NCBI GenBank assembly: GCA_002269645.1
Contig: NIVC01001091.1
Coordinates: 62,001 to 126,000, forward strand
Origin: Macrostomum lignano
Lineage: Eukaryota
DNA length: 64,000 nucleotides
Reading direction: 5' to 3'
How positions within the stretch are numbered: position 1 is the stretch's first letter; each line of letters opens with the position of its first letter. The notes under the pieces are model-generated. The model saw only the letters and a program-made list of their open reading frames with translations, made no database searches and had not been told where the DNA came from. The translations under genes were made by a program, and so were the position numbers. This document shows positions 35,630 through 46,864 of the stretch, piece by piece.

Positions 35630-38600
35630 CATCGCTGGTTGCTCAATTTGGTCGACTGAAGAAAAACTTACAGTTCAAGTAATTTCCCTGCAGAGTGAGG
35701 CCTGGCTGAATGAGTCACTGGGCTGCTCAAAATGGGAATGGGAACTCACAGAAGACGTGGGAGGATTGGGATATTGGCAATTGGGAAACAGAAGAGGATT
35801 GGGAGAATGTAAATTGGGGAACAGAAGAGGATTGGGAGAATGGGAATTAGGGAACAGAAGAGGATTGGGAGAATGGCAATTACGGGGAACAGAAGAGGAT
35901 TGGGAGAATGGGAATTCGGGAACAGAAGAGGATTGGGAGAATGGGAATTCGGGAACAGAAGAGGATTGGGAGAATGGGAAATGAGGAACTGGCAGAAAGG
36001 AATCGGGAGAATGGGAATTGGGGAACTGGCAGAAGAGGATCGGGAGAATGGGAAATGAGGAACTGGCAGAAGAGGATCGGGAGAATGGGAATTGGGGAAC
36101 TGGAAGAAGAGAATCGGGAAAATTGGAATTGGGGATCTGGAAGAAGACACGGGAAGATCAAGAGAACCAGAAATGGGAAGGAGAAGGAGAGGATTGGTAT
36201 TAAACAAGGGGAAAGCAATTGAGAAAGAAAACAGCGGAGACCAGGTAGATGAAGGTTGGGTTTAGCGAAAGCTTATAAGAAGATATTTTTCAAAGAACTG
36301 AAAGAGAAAGAGAAGAGAAATTGCTTCTAGGGGCAGAGTATCGCAAATCTGAGAGCTCTGGCGCTCATGTCCCGCAGCAGTGCCTTTATCGCTGTGCCTG
36401 TCAGACTGGCTTTAGATGCAGAATTTGGCCCAGCTTCCCGCCGCATCAGCTTATTGCATAATCTTACAGCTGTAGCGGAGCCCGAGTAAGGCCGGGCAAA
36501 TCTGATTACAGTGAAGAATCCTGCAGCTAAAGCTTTGAGGATAAAGAGGAGAATTTCTGAATTAGCAATCATGCTTTTATTTCGATAATCCCCTATAGAG
36601 CTACATGCTAAACCGATCGGAGCTGGGGGGGGGGTTACTTGGCAGATGGGCTTTCAGAGCATGCAGCGCATTTCTCATCTAAATCGACGCCATCGACACC
36701 CAAAATCGACGCAACCGACACCCAAAATCGACGCCACTGACACCCAAAATCGACGCCACTGACACCCAAAATCGACGCCACCGACACCCAAAATCGATGC
36801 CACCGAAATTCAAAATCGACGCAACCGACACCCAAAATCGACGCCACTGACATCCAAAATCGATGCCACCGACACCCAATATCGACGCCACTGACACCCA
36901 AAATCGACGCCATCGACACCCAAAATCGACGCAACCGACACCCAAAATCGACGCCACTGACACCCAAAATCGACGCCACTGACACCCAAAATCGACGCCA
37001 CCGACACCCAAAATCGATGCCACCGAAATCCAAAATCGACGCCACTGACATCCAAAATCGATGCCACCGACACCCAATATCGACGCCACTGACACCCAAA
37101 ATCGACGCCACTGACCCCCAAAATCGACGCCACTGACATCCAAAATCGACGCCACTGACACCCAAAATCGACGCCACCGACACCCAAAATCGACGTCACC
37201 GAAATTCAAAACCGACGCAACCGACACCCAATATCGACGCCACTGACACCCAAAATCGACGCCACTGACACCCAAAATCGACGCCACCGACACCCAAAAT
37301 CGACGCCACCGACACCCAAAATCGATGCCACCGAAATTCAAAATCGACGCAACCGACACCCAAAATCGACGCCACTGACATCTAAAATCGACGCCACCGA
37401 CACCCAAAATCGATGCCACCGAAATTCAAAATCGACGCAACCGACACCCAAAATCGACGCCACTGACATCTAAAATCGACGCCACCGACACCCAAAATCG
37501 ATGCCACCGAAATTCAAAATCGACGCAACCGACACCCAAAATCGACGCCACTGACATCCAAAATCGACGCCACCGACACCCAATATCGACGCCACTGACA
37601 CCCAAAATCGATGCCACTGACACCCAAAATCGACGCCACCGACACCCAAAATCGACACGCCACTGACATAAAAAACCGACGCCACGTACACCCAGAATCG
37701 ACGCCACCGACAACCAATATCGACGCCACTGACACCCAAAATCGATGCCACTGACACCCAAAATCGACGCCACCGACACCCAAAATCGACACGCCACTGA
37801 CATAAAAAACCGACGCCACGTACACCCAGAATCGACGCCACCGACAACCAATATCGACGCCACCGAGCTCCCATAATCGGCGAGACTGACACCTCGAGGG
37901 TGGAGGCACTTCAAGGAAGCTTTAAAAGATCTGCTACAAGCAAGAGGAGTTTTTGTACAGGGATTTTACTGCAGTAAACAGCCCACAATTCGTGTTGGGG
38001 CCGCCAAGCATTGAATTTATCAATTATTACCAGAGCCTGATGGCCTCATTGAGAAGTCACACAGCTCTCAAAATGCGATTTGACAGCTGGCATTTAGAGC
38101 TGAGGGTTCTCACGCATGGTATTAATACCTCTTCTGCTTAAACGGTGTACTCTTACTGTGAGCTAAATAGGACAGCCGAGAGCTGCGATCGTGTTTGGGT
38201 CAATCTATAAATTACTCTCGTCTTTACTAGACTTTTTAAAAACCACTTCCTGCTTTCTATAGTTTGAGCATTTAAACTCGACAAGGGCTGCTTCTCCTGG
38301 TGTGGGGTGGGGATTACACAAGGCCTCACAGTATTGGCTGATGGAGCCTTTAGATCGATTGCAGTGAGTGAGTATATAATAGCACCCCCTGCACGTCTAT
38401 CATAAAAGGCATATTTTTCTCCAGTTCTCAACAAGGTACTCAAACTTGGCACGAAACAATTTTCAACTTCGCAAACTTCTGACTCTGTTTTTAGACCGAA
38501 AATTCTGCAAGGCTGGTCGGTAGGAGACGAGAGGGTGAGAGAAATTTATAAAAATGTCTGCGTGTTTTTCAAACTACGCGCTGTGAAATTGCGCTAGAAT

Positions 38601-41600
38601 TGAGTTCCATCTTACTCGTACATGTACTGCGAAGTAGATCGAGTCCATCATCCCAAATCCAGTCCCATCATCCCCAAACGAGTCCCATTATCCCAAATCA
38701 AGTCACATCATCCCAAATCCAGTCCCATCATCCCAAATCGAGTCCCATTATCCCAAATCGAGTCACATCATCTCAAATCGAGTCCCATCATCCCAAATCC
38801 AGTCCCATCATCCCAAATCGAGTCCCATTATCCCAAATCAAGTCACATCATCTCAAATCGAGTTCCATCATCCCAAATCGAGTCACATCATCTCAAATCG
38901 AGTTCCATCATCCCAAATCGAGTCACATCATCTCAAATCGAGTCACATCATCTCAAATCGAGTCACATCATCCCAAATCGAGTCCCATCATCCCAAATCG
39001 AGTCCCATCATCCCAAATCGAGTCCCATCATCCCAAATCGAGTCCATCATCCCAAATCGAGTCCCATCATCTCAAATCGAGTCCATCATCCCAAATCGAG
39101 TCCCATCATCCAAAATCGAGTCCATCATCCCAAATCGAGTCCCATCATCTCAAATCGAGTCCCATCATCCCAAATCGAGTCCCATCATCCAAAATCGAGT
39201 CCCATCATCCCAAATCGAGTCCATCATCCCAAATCGAGTCCCATCATCCCAAATCGAGTCCCATCATCACAAATCGAGTCCCATCAACCCAAATCGAGTC
39301 CCATCATCCCAAACCGAGTCCCATCATCTCAAATCGAGTCCCATCATCCCAAATCGAGTCACATCATCCCAAATCGAGTCCCATCATCCCAAATCGAGTC
39401 CATCATCCCAAATCGAGTCCATCATCCCAAATCGAGTCCCATCATCCAAAATCGAGTCCCATCATCCAAAATCGAGTCCCATCATCTCAAATCGAGTCCT
39501 ATCATCCCAAATCGAGTCCCATCATCCCAAATCGAGTCCCATCATCCCAAATCCAGTCCCATCATCCCAAATCGAGTCCATCATCCCAAATCGAGTCCCA
39601 TCATCCCAAATCGAGTCCCATCATCCCAAATCGAGTCCCATCATCCCAAATCGAGTCCCATCATCTCAAATCGAGTCCATCATCCCAAATCGAGTCCCAT
39701 CATCCCAAATCGAGTCCCATCATCCCAAATCCAGTCCCATCATCCCAAATCGAGTCCATCATCCCAAATCGAGTCCCATCATCTCAAATCGAGTCCATCA
39801 TCCCAAATCGAGTCCCATCATCCCAAATCGAGTCCCATCATCCAAAATCGAGTCCCATCATCTCAAATCGAGTCCCATCATCTCAAATCGAGTCCATCAT
39901 CTCAAATCGAGTCCCATCATCCCAAATCCAGTCCCATCATCCCAAATCGAGTCCCATCATCCAAAATCGAGTCCATCATCCCAAATCGAGTCCCATTATC
40001 ACAAATCGAGTCCCATCATCTCAAATCGAGTCCATCATCTCAAATCGAGTCCCATCATCCCAAATCCAGTCCCATCATCTCAAATCGAGTCCCATCATCC
40101 CAAACCGAGTCCCATCATCTCAAATCGAGTCCCATCATCCCAAATCAAGTCACATAATCCCAAATCAAGTCACATCATCCCAAATCAAGTCACATCATCC
40201 CAAATCGAGTCACATCATCCCAAATCAAGTCACATCATCCCAAATCGAGTCCCATCATCACAAATCGAGTCCCATCAACCCAAATCGAGTCCCATCATCC
40301 CAAATCGAGTCCCATCATCCAAAATCGAGTCCCATCATCCAAAATCGAGTCACATAATCCCAAATCAAGTCACATCATCCAAAATCGAGTCACATCATCC
40401 CAAATCGAGTCACATCATCCCAAATCAAGTCACATCATCCCAAATCGAGTCCCATCATCACAAATCGAGTCACATCATCCCAAATCAAGTCACATCATCC
40501 CAAATCAAGTCACATCATCCAAAATCGAGTCACATCATCCCAAATCGAGTCACATCATCCCAAATCAAGTCACATCATCCCAAATCAAGTCACATCATCC
40601 CAAATCGAGTCCCATCATCACAAATCGAGTCCCATCATCCCAAACCGAGTCCCATCATCCAAAATCGAGTCCATCATCCCAAATCGAGTCCATCATCCCA
40701 AATCGAGTCCATCATCCCAAATCGAGTCCCATCATCCAAAATCGAGTCCCATCATCTCAAATCGAGTCCATCATCCCAAATCGAGTCCATCATCCCAAAT
40801 CGAGTCCCATCATCCAAAATCGAGTCACATAATCCCAAATCAAGTCACATCATCCAAAATCGAGTCACATCATCCCAAATCGAGTCACATCATCCCAAAT
40901 CAAGTCACATCATCCCAAATCGAGTCCCATCATCACAAATCGAGTCACATCATCCCAAATCAAGTCACATCATCCCAAATCAAGTCACATCATCCAAAAT
41001 CGAGTCACATCATCCCAAATCGAGTCACATCATCCCAAATCAAGTCACATCATCCCAAATCAAGTCACATCATCCCAAATCGAGTCCCATCATCACAAAT
41101 CGAGTCCCATCAACCCAAATCGAGTCACATCATCCCAAATCAAGTCACATCATCCCAAATCGAGTCCCATCATCACAAATCGAGTCCCATCAACCCAAAT
41201 CGAGTCCCATCATCCCAAATCCAGTCCCATCATCTCAAATCGAGTCACATCATACCAAATCGAGTTCCATCATCCCAAATCGAGTCACATCATCTCAAAT
41301 CGAGTCCATCATCTCAAACCGAGTCCCATCATCCCAATAATCGAGTCCCATCATCCCAAATCGAGTCCCATCATCCCAAATCGAGTCCCATCATCCCAAA
41401 TCCAGTCCCATCATCTCAAATCGAGTCACATCATCCCAAATCGAGTTCCATCATCCCAAATCAAGTCACATCATACCAAATCGAGTTCCATCATCCCAAA
41501 TCGAGTCACATCATCTCAAATCGAGTCACATCATCTCAAATCGAGTCCCATCATCCCAAATCCAGTCCCATCATCCCAAATCGAGTCCCATTATCCCAAA

Positions 41601-42186
41601 TCAAGTCACATCATCTCAAATCGAGTCCCATCATCCCAAATCGAGTCTTATCATCTCAAATCGAGTTCCATCATCCCAAATCGAGTCACATCATCTCAAA
41701 TCGAGTCACATAATCTCAAATCGAGTCACATCATCTCAAATCGAGTCCCATTATCCCAAATGTTTTTGTCAAGGCATCCCAAATAAACTCCGATATGATC
41801 CCAAATCCCCTGGCTCCGCAGGCATGACCTTATCTGACCCCGCCGCCGCCGTGGCCGTCGCTGGCACCGCGGCTCCGGCATTCGCGGCCACCTACTCGTC
41901 AGCGGAAACAGTCAGCAGCGGCTTGCCGCTGAACTCCAACAGCAGCGGGCAGCTGCTGGCTTCGCCAGGCCTCCTGGCAGCCGCGGTAGCCGGAGTTGCC
42001 GGGGCCGCCGTGCTGCTGCTGATCCTGGCGCTGTTCTGCGTCCACCGGATTCGCAAAGCCGACGAGGGCTCCTACGCGCTGGGACCGGCGGCTTCGGCCG
42101 GCAAAAGCTGGGGCGGAGGCGCCGCCTCTGCCGCCGTGCTGCACAACGGGTACAGGCGAGCCCCGACCAGGGAATACTATGCGTAG
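27000..42186 (+). CDS. SDC: Syndecan-type transmembrane proteoglycan with SEA-like ectodomain; exons 27000-27243, 28007-28220, 32709-32871, 33540-33607, 36331-36485, 37961-38118, 41822-42186; signal-peptide exon not found
   Basis: First exon [23 protein letters not shown] (acidic Ser-Gly GAG sites). SEA-like [13 protein letters not shown]...VVSFR|KGSIVAEAL. Intron phases 1,2,1,0,2,1 chain to the TM/cytoplasmic exon if one G is added at 32780-32783. The 36.3 kb and 38.0 kb exons are supported by phase and splice sites only. Confidence 0.7.
27555..27940. repeat. 30-bp minisatellite GAGAGTCTCAGAAAGCAGTGGGGAGTCACT
   Basis: Seen directly, intronic. Confidence 0.95.
28333..29229. repeat. 20-bp minisatellite GACAGCGGAGTGAAATGCAA
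   Basis: Seen directly, intronic. Confidence 0.95.
30030..30590. repeat. 21-bp minisatellite AATTCAGGTGCCATTTTGCCC
   Basis: Seen directly. Confidence 0.95.
31082..31500. repeat. (GATA/GACA)n microsatellite
   Basis: Seen directly. Confidence 0.97.
32170..32615. repeat. 27-bp minisatellite GGTCTGGTAGCGATGGACTCAACTGAG, with a GATTGTCAAAGCTGAG variant block at the 3' end
   Basis: Seen directly. Confidence 0.95.
33015..33470. repeat. 21-bp minisatellite CCCATCTCGGTTTCTGAATTC
   Basis: Seen directly. Confidence 0.9.
33757..34310. repeat. 20/21-bp dimeric (41-bp) minisatellite containing RFX X-box-like 14-mers
   Basis: Units CTAGCAACTGTACCCTCTCC and ATAGAAACTGTGCCGTCCTCC seen directly. Confidence 0.9.
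35120..35370. repeat. Degenerate ~21-bp array GATTTGGTGGCCCTAGCAACC
   Basis: Seen directly. Confidence 0.8.
35531..35627. repeat. (CT)n microsatellite
   Basis: Seen directly. Confidence 0.97.
35750..36140. repeat. Purine-rich ~32-bp minisatellite GGGAACAGAAGAGGATTGGGAGAATGGGAATT
   Basis: Seen directly, degenerate. Confidence 0.85.
36680..37870. repeat. 22-bp minisatellite CAAAATCGACGCCACTGACACC
   Basis: Seen directly. Confidence 0.95.
38635..41760. repeat. 19-20-bp minisatellite CATCATCCCAAATCGAGTCC, about 3.1 kb
   Basis: Seen directly; fills the last syndecan intron. Confidence 0.97.
41822..42186 (+). CDS. SDC: Syndecan terminal exon (transmembrane and cytoplasmic domain)
   Basis: [26 protein letters not shown] followed by C1 [18 protein letters not shown] and the C2 PDZ-binding EYYA* (canonical RMKKKDEGSY...EFYA); CAG acceptor at 41819-41821. 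Confidence 0.92.
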
Positions 42187-43451
42187 CTTTTGATCGGCCG
42201 CCACCTTAGCTATACTGTATAACCATCCGGCATTCAGTTTTTATCGGGCTTTATCCACAACTATAGACAGGCGTACGGCCCCTTCATTTCAGACTGGTAC
42301 ATGTATAAGCAGGCATTTTTAATTAATGGCATATATTGACGTTTTATTTAAATAATCTGTCTGTTTTCCTTCATAAATAGTCATATCATGGCGATTATTA
42401 ATAAGCCGTATAAATGTTTGGCATCTTGGAATAAAGTAATTTATTACTTCATGATGTGTCTGAATCCGCCGAAATTGTCGGATTTATTTCTCACTGAACA
42501 AATACTGAGATTATTCTTTGTAAATGCTCACTATATTCATATGAGTAGTTTTGGAGCCACAGTGAGTTTTTTATAGTAATTCTGAACAATGCAAATCAAA
42601 ATATTTCTTAAATCGAGATTTAATCCGTAATGTCAGAAGCGAAGTACAAGACTCAAAAGATTCGTGAACACAGAAGATTGATCATGATGTTCTAGCTATA
42701 CAGTATATATTATGTATGCATATACGTATGTGGTATATCACGGCATATCGCTCACAGAGCCGAATAAACATACGAGCGCGTAGATGTATGCAGATACATG
42801 TATCTAATCTTGTCACTGAGCCTATAAATATATATATATCTCCGTGCGGTGCTTCATAATCGGTAAGATGTATGCATGTACATTATATGTACATAAGTAC
42901 ATTTTAGGGACCATACGCGACGTATAATTCACTTTACTGTACACTATGAGAATAGTACAACAGTGATCTTTGGTATATAAATAGTGGGTCCTAGGAAGCT
43001 AAAACAAGGACTTCTAGACTAGAAGTTAATCTAGAGTTAGAACTAGAGTTAGTCTAGAAGTCCTTGCTTCTAAACTTATCAAAGTCGTTTCAGCTGGCTT
43101 TATTTTTATAAAATAACTTTTACATCCTTCCTTTCTGCTGAACTGAAGGTAGAAAGCTGTTTTGCTAAGTATATATGCATGAGTGGCTCATCTAGTTATT
43201 TTAGTATCTGTGCATTATCGTCACAAAACATTTCTTTCTAAATGTTTTTGTAACGCTTTTGTAACGACACGAGCAGTTGGATTTGTGCACACTTTTAAAA
43301 CGTAATTCGTCAGCTAAATTTTACACGCAGTCCGGATCCAAATTTTAAAAAGCTTAGTTTCTAATATACTTTTTTCGTCCGTTTGCACAGAAGAGACCTA
43401 CGGGTTTTGCTTTTATTACCAATTTATATTAAATTTGATCGCTAAGCTAAA

Positions 43452-43524
43452 ATGACCATCAACGATCCTTTGTACACACCGTTCTTTGGTGTTATGGGTG
43501 CTTCGGCTGCTATGGTTTTCTGTG
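43452..43524 (+). CDS. ATP6V0C: V-ATPase 16-kDa proteolipid subunit c, exon 1 (MTINDPLYTPFFGVMGASAAMVFC)
   Basis: Matches the conserved PFFGVMGASAAMVF N-terminus; GTAAGC donor, phase 1, joins exon 2 in frame. Confidence 0.93.
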
Positions 43525-43838
43525 GTAAGCCACAATCTTTAATTGTCGAATGTTAGACATGATAATTTGATCATTAGGTATTTTTACACTTAACCTTGTA
43601 AACTTAATAATCATTTTATAAATAGAAACATAAATAACGAGTTTTATTTATTTATTTATAGATATATTTCAGACTTGCATACATTGATTAGGCTATCCTA
43701 CCTAGGCCTAGTTTGTTGTTTTCAAACATACAACTTGTAATCTAAATTGTAAGTATTATAAGTTTCATAAAAACTTTAAGTTGTAGAAACACTTAAAATT
43801 GGTGAAAATTTTGACTCTAGTTGTTAAAAGCCATAGGC

Positions 43839-44553
43839 CAGTGATAGATCAAAATTCAATTTCAATTTTGATATTCTGAATTTCGAAACTAATTTTGCAT
43901 CAAAATAATTTCAATTTCAATTTCGAATTTTGACACCATTCATCAAAAATCATTTCAAAATTTTGGTTATATTTTAACAATTTAGACATTGATGATCATG
44001 TTACACAAGTAAGAAAATCTATAGGAAGTAAAAGGAAGTGTGGTTCAAAGACTCAGTGGGGAGGTGAGAATTGTATTTTCTACAAGAAAAGATTGTGCGG
44101 GGCACATACTGTTCAAGGCCTTTTGCTGCACCCACCTCAACCTCCACAAGCCTACTGGCTGAACTCATCGGTGTGGATTTTAATTGGCTAAAGACTTATA
44201 AAGCCTTAATGAAATGGATATAGGCTACTCGTATCTAGATCTTCAGCTTAAACAGTGTTATAGTATAATACAACTTCTATATTTTTATGTACGAGTCTAT
44301 AATACATGCATTTTCTATTTCATATTTTTAAGTTAAATCTTAAGTATTCTAGTTTAAACATATCAAAGATACTTTTTATAAAACATGTAAGCTCATATAT
44401 GCAAAGGCAAGGTATTAACCTTTTTGCATGATTAGCAAAAAATTAAAAATTTGTTAAGCTCAAAAATTTTGATTTTAATTTCAATTTTGATTCTAAAGAA
44501 CCAAAAATTTCGATTTCAATTTCAATTTGAAAAATAATTTCAATCCACTACTA
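43839..44553. mobile_element. Non-autonomous hAT-like element (MITE), 715 bp
   Basis: Exact 8-bp flanking direct repeat CCATAGGC (43831-43838 and 44554-44561); degenerate TIRs CAGTGATAGATCAAAATT / TAGTAGTGGATTGAAATT; TTTCAATT subterminal repeats at both ends. Confidence 0.65.
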
Positions 44554-45611
44554 CCATAGGCCCTAGTCAGGATCATGGCATGCCTATGCTGAAATGAATC
44601 CTAGGCCTATCAAAAGGTAGCATGACTACTTCTCTATCTACTTCTATATTGGTAGCATCTGTACATGTACTGTACTCTTTGGCCTGAGTGGTCTAATGGC
44701 ACTGTTTACTCTATTTATTCCTATAAGTTTTCTCTTAGTCTTGGGTGTTCCCTTGATCAGAGGGTCATAGCCTTATGCATTTTTCCTGCCCTAAGGCAAT
44801 TCTCACTTTTAGTGGTTTTTGATACTCCTAATGAAGGGTTTAATACTTTAGAAAATGAGTAAGGCCTTTGAATACTGCAATCTAGTGATTTAATATAGGA
44901 ACAAATATATTCAGAGCAAGTTATTTAGCTCGCAGAACTGTAACACAAAGGAAACAAGTTATCACAATTTATTTTTATTGGCCTCTTCTGGGCTCCTATT
45001 TATAATAAGATTTCTTATCATTTCAAACAAAAAATAATTTTATAGCTCATAACATTTAAACAAAGGATAAAAGATTGTTGTTAATGTAGATTTAAAATAG
45101 AGTTTAAACATAAGAAACATAAAAACGAGTAAACTATTAGAACTATTATACAGTATTATACTATATAAAAATTTATACTTTCAGTACTTTATACTTTTAT
45201 CAGTATTATATTGATAAAAAAGAAAATAGAGTTGTCTATCATTCTGTGTGGCACCTATGCCAACAAGATCAATGCTTGTTTTAAGACAAATACAAATTTA
45301 TTCAAGATAAAAAGCAAAGATAAACTAGAAAAGAAAAAATACTTTGTCAAAAAACTTTTAAAATATTTATCTGGTTTTCATTGAAATAATAATAAACTAT
45401 ACCATTTTTTATACAAATGGCTTTTTTGAAAAAAACAGACACTTGCAAAAAATAATAAGTTTCTACATAATAAGTCATAGAATACAAAGCCAATATAATA
45501 AGTTTTTTAATTCTTAACCAATATTTTTATTAATTCATAAAATATACCTAAAATGTTAACAAATTATCATTGTATTTACTTTGTTCAATGCATTCACTTT
45601 GTTGTGCTTAG

Positions 45612-45800
45612 TTTAAAACATGCTTGGGTACAATCTAGGGATTCAACCAGCCATTTCTATTGGCAACACACATACATGTAAGTTGCTATTGGACAGAATA
45701 GTAGTCACATGACTGCTCTCAGCCAATAGCAACTTACATGTGTGTGTTGCCAATAGAAATGGCCAGGTGATTCCCAAGGTTGTGCATGTATGGTTTAAAA
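45612..45800. repeat. Long palindrome (hairpin/MITE-like), core arms 45650-45692 and 45723-45763
   Basis: GCCATTTCTATTGGCAACACAC(AT)ACATGTAAGTTGCTATTGG is inverted on the other side; degenerate symmetry extends out to TTTAAA at both ends; centre GTCACATGAC. Confidence 0.8.
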
Positions 45801-46864
45801 ACAACTTTTAATATGCTACATAATGTTTTAGGCATTGTTACAAATATACATCACACAACCCTCCTGATTTACTCTAGCAAACAAATTTAACTTACCTATT
45901 AAAGAAACCTGAGCAAAATTAACATGATTTTTGGAAAATAGCAGGAGTAACTATATTGTTATATGCAGGGTGTCCACGCAAAATTCAATATCAATTTCCA
46001 GGTTTTTTCTAGGTTTTTCCAGGTTCAAATAAGTAAAGCTCCAGGTTGCTACCTGGTGAAGCTTTATAAAATGAAACGTGAAAAATGAAATGGAAAGTAA
46101 AAAATGGGTAAAATATATAGTCTATTGTCAATGAGCCATCACGGTGCTACCATAGGCAGAAAATTGCTTAAAAAATTCACCAGAAAAGTTATTTGTCACA
46201 GTCGACAATCAAGTTATTAAGGATTCCATGGAAGAAAAAATTAAAATTGTATTTGTTCGTTTTAGCTCAAAAAAACAATTTTCTGTTTTTACCATAGATT
46301 ATATTGTAAATTTACTGCATTGTAATTGAATTCTTTCAAATTGTTGTCGATATGCGTATTAAAGAAGAGTTATTACAATTTAAATTGAAACAAATTCACA
46401 ATTTTTTCAGCAAGTCCATGAATATTGTATTGTATGCACATTTTAAATCTACTTGAAGCTTAGCACATTGTCTTACATGAAGCAAAACAACTCAAAGTAG
46501 CAGCGTTTCACAAACCCCTAATTTTACAACATAAAAATTATTCTTTATATTCTTTCACTTTAATATCTAACCCCAAACCACGTGAATATGTTCTTGATGC
46601 TATGAAATTTTGGGTTTGTGAAAGCACCCCTATTGTACAAGGTTTTGTATTACCTTACAATTCAAATTAGAATTGTTACAATTGCAATTTAATATATAGA
46701 CTTCAAAGGGGACATTTAGCGGGTTGATTTTCCTGGAGGCTTTGACTACAATAACTGAGTGGGTCGAAAAATTGTCCTACTAAATTTTCTGACTTCATAA
46801 CTATCCAATACTTGCGTTGCAGTTCAACTGTTGCAGTTCCAGATTTGCACTTTCCACAAAATGC

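Noticed and set aside
38600-40357. 585-aa and 511-aa Ser/His/Pro-rich ORFs
   Set aside because: Translation of the 20-bp minisatellite in an intron.
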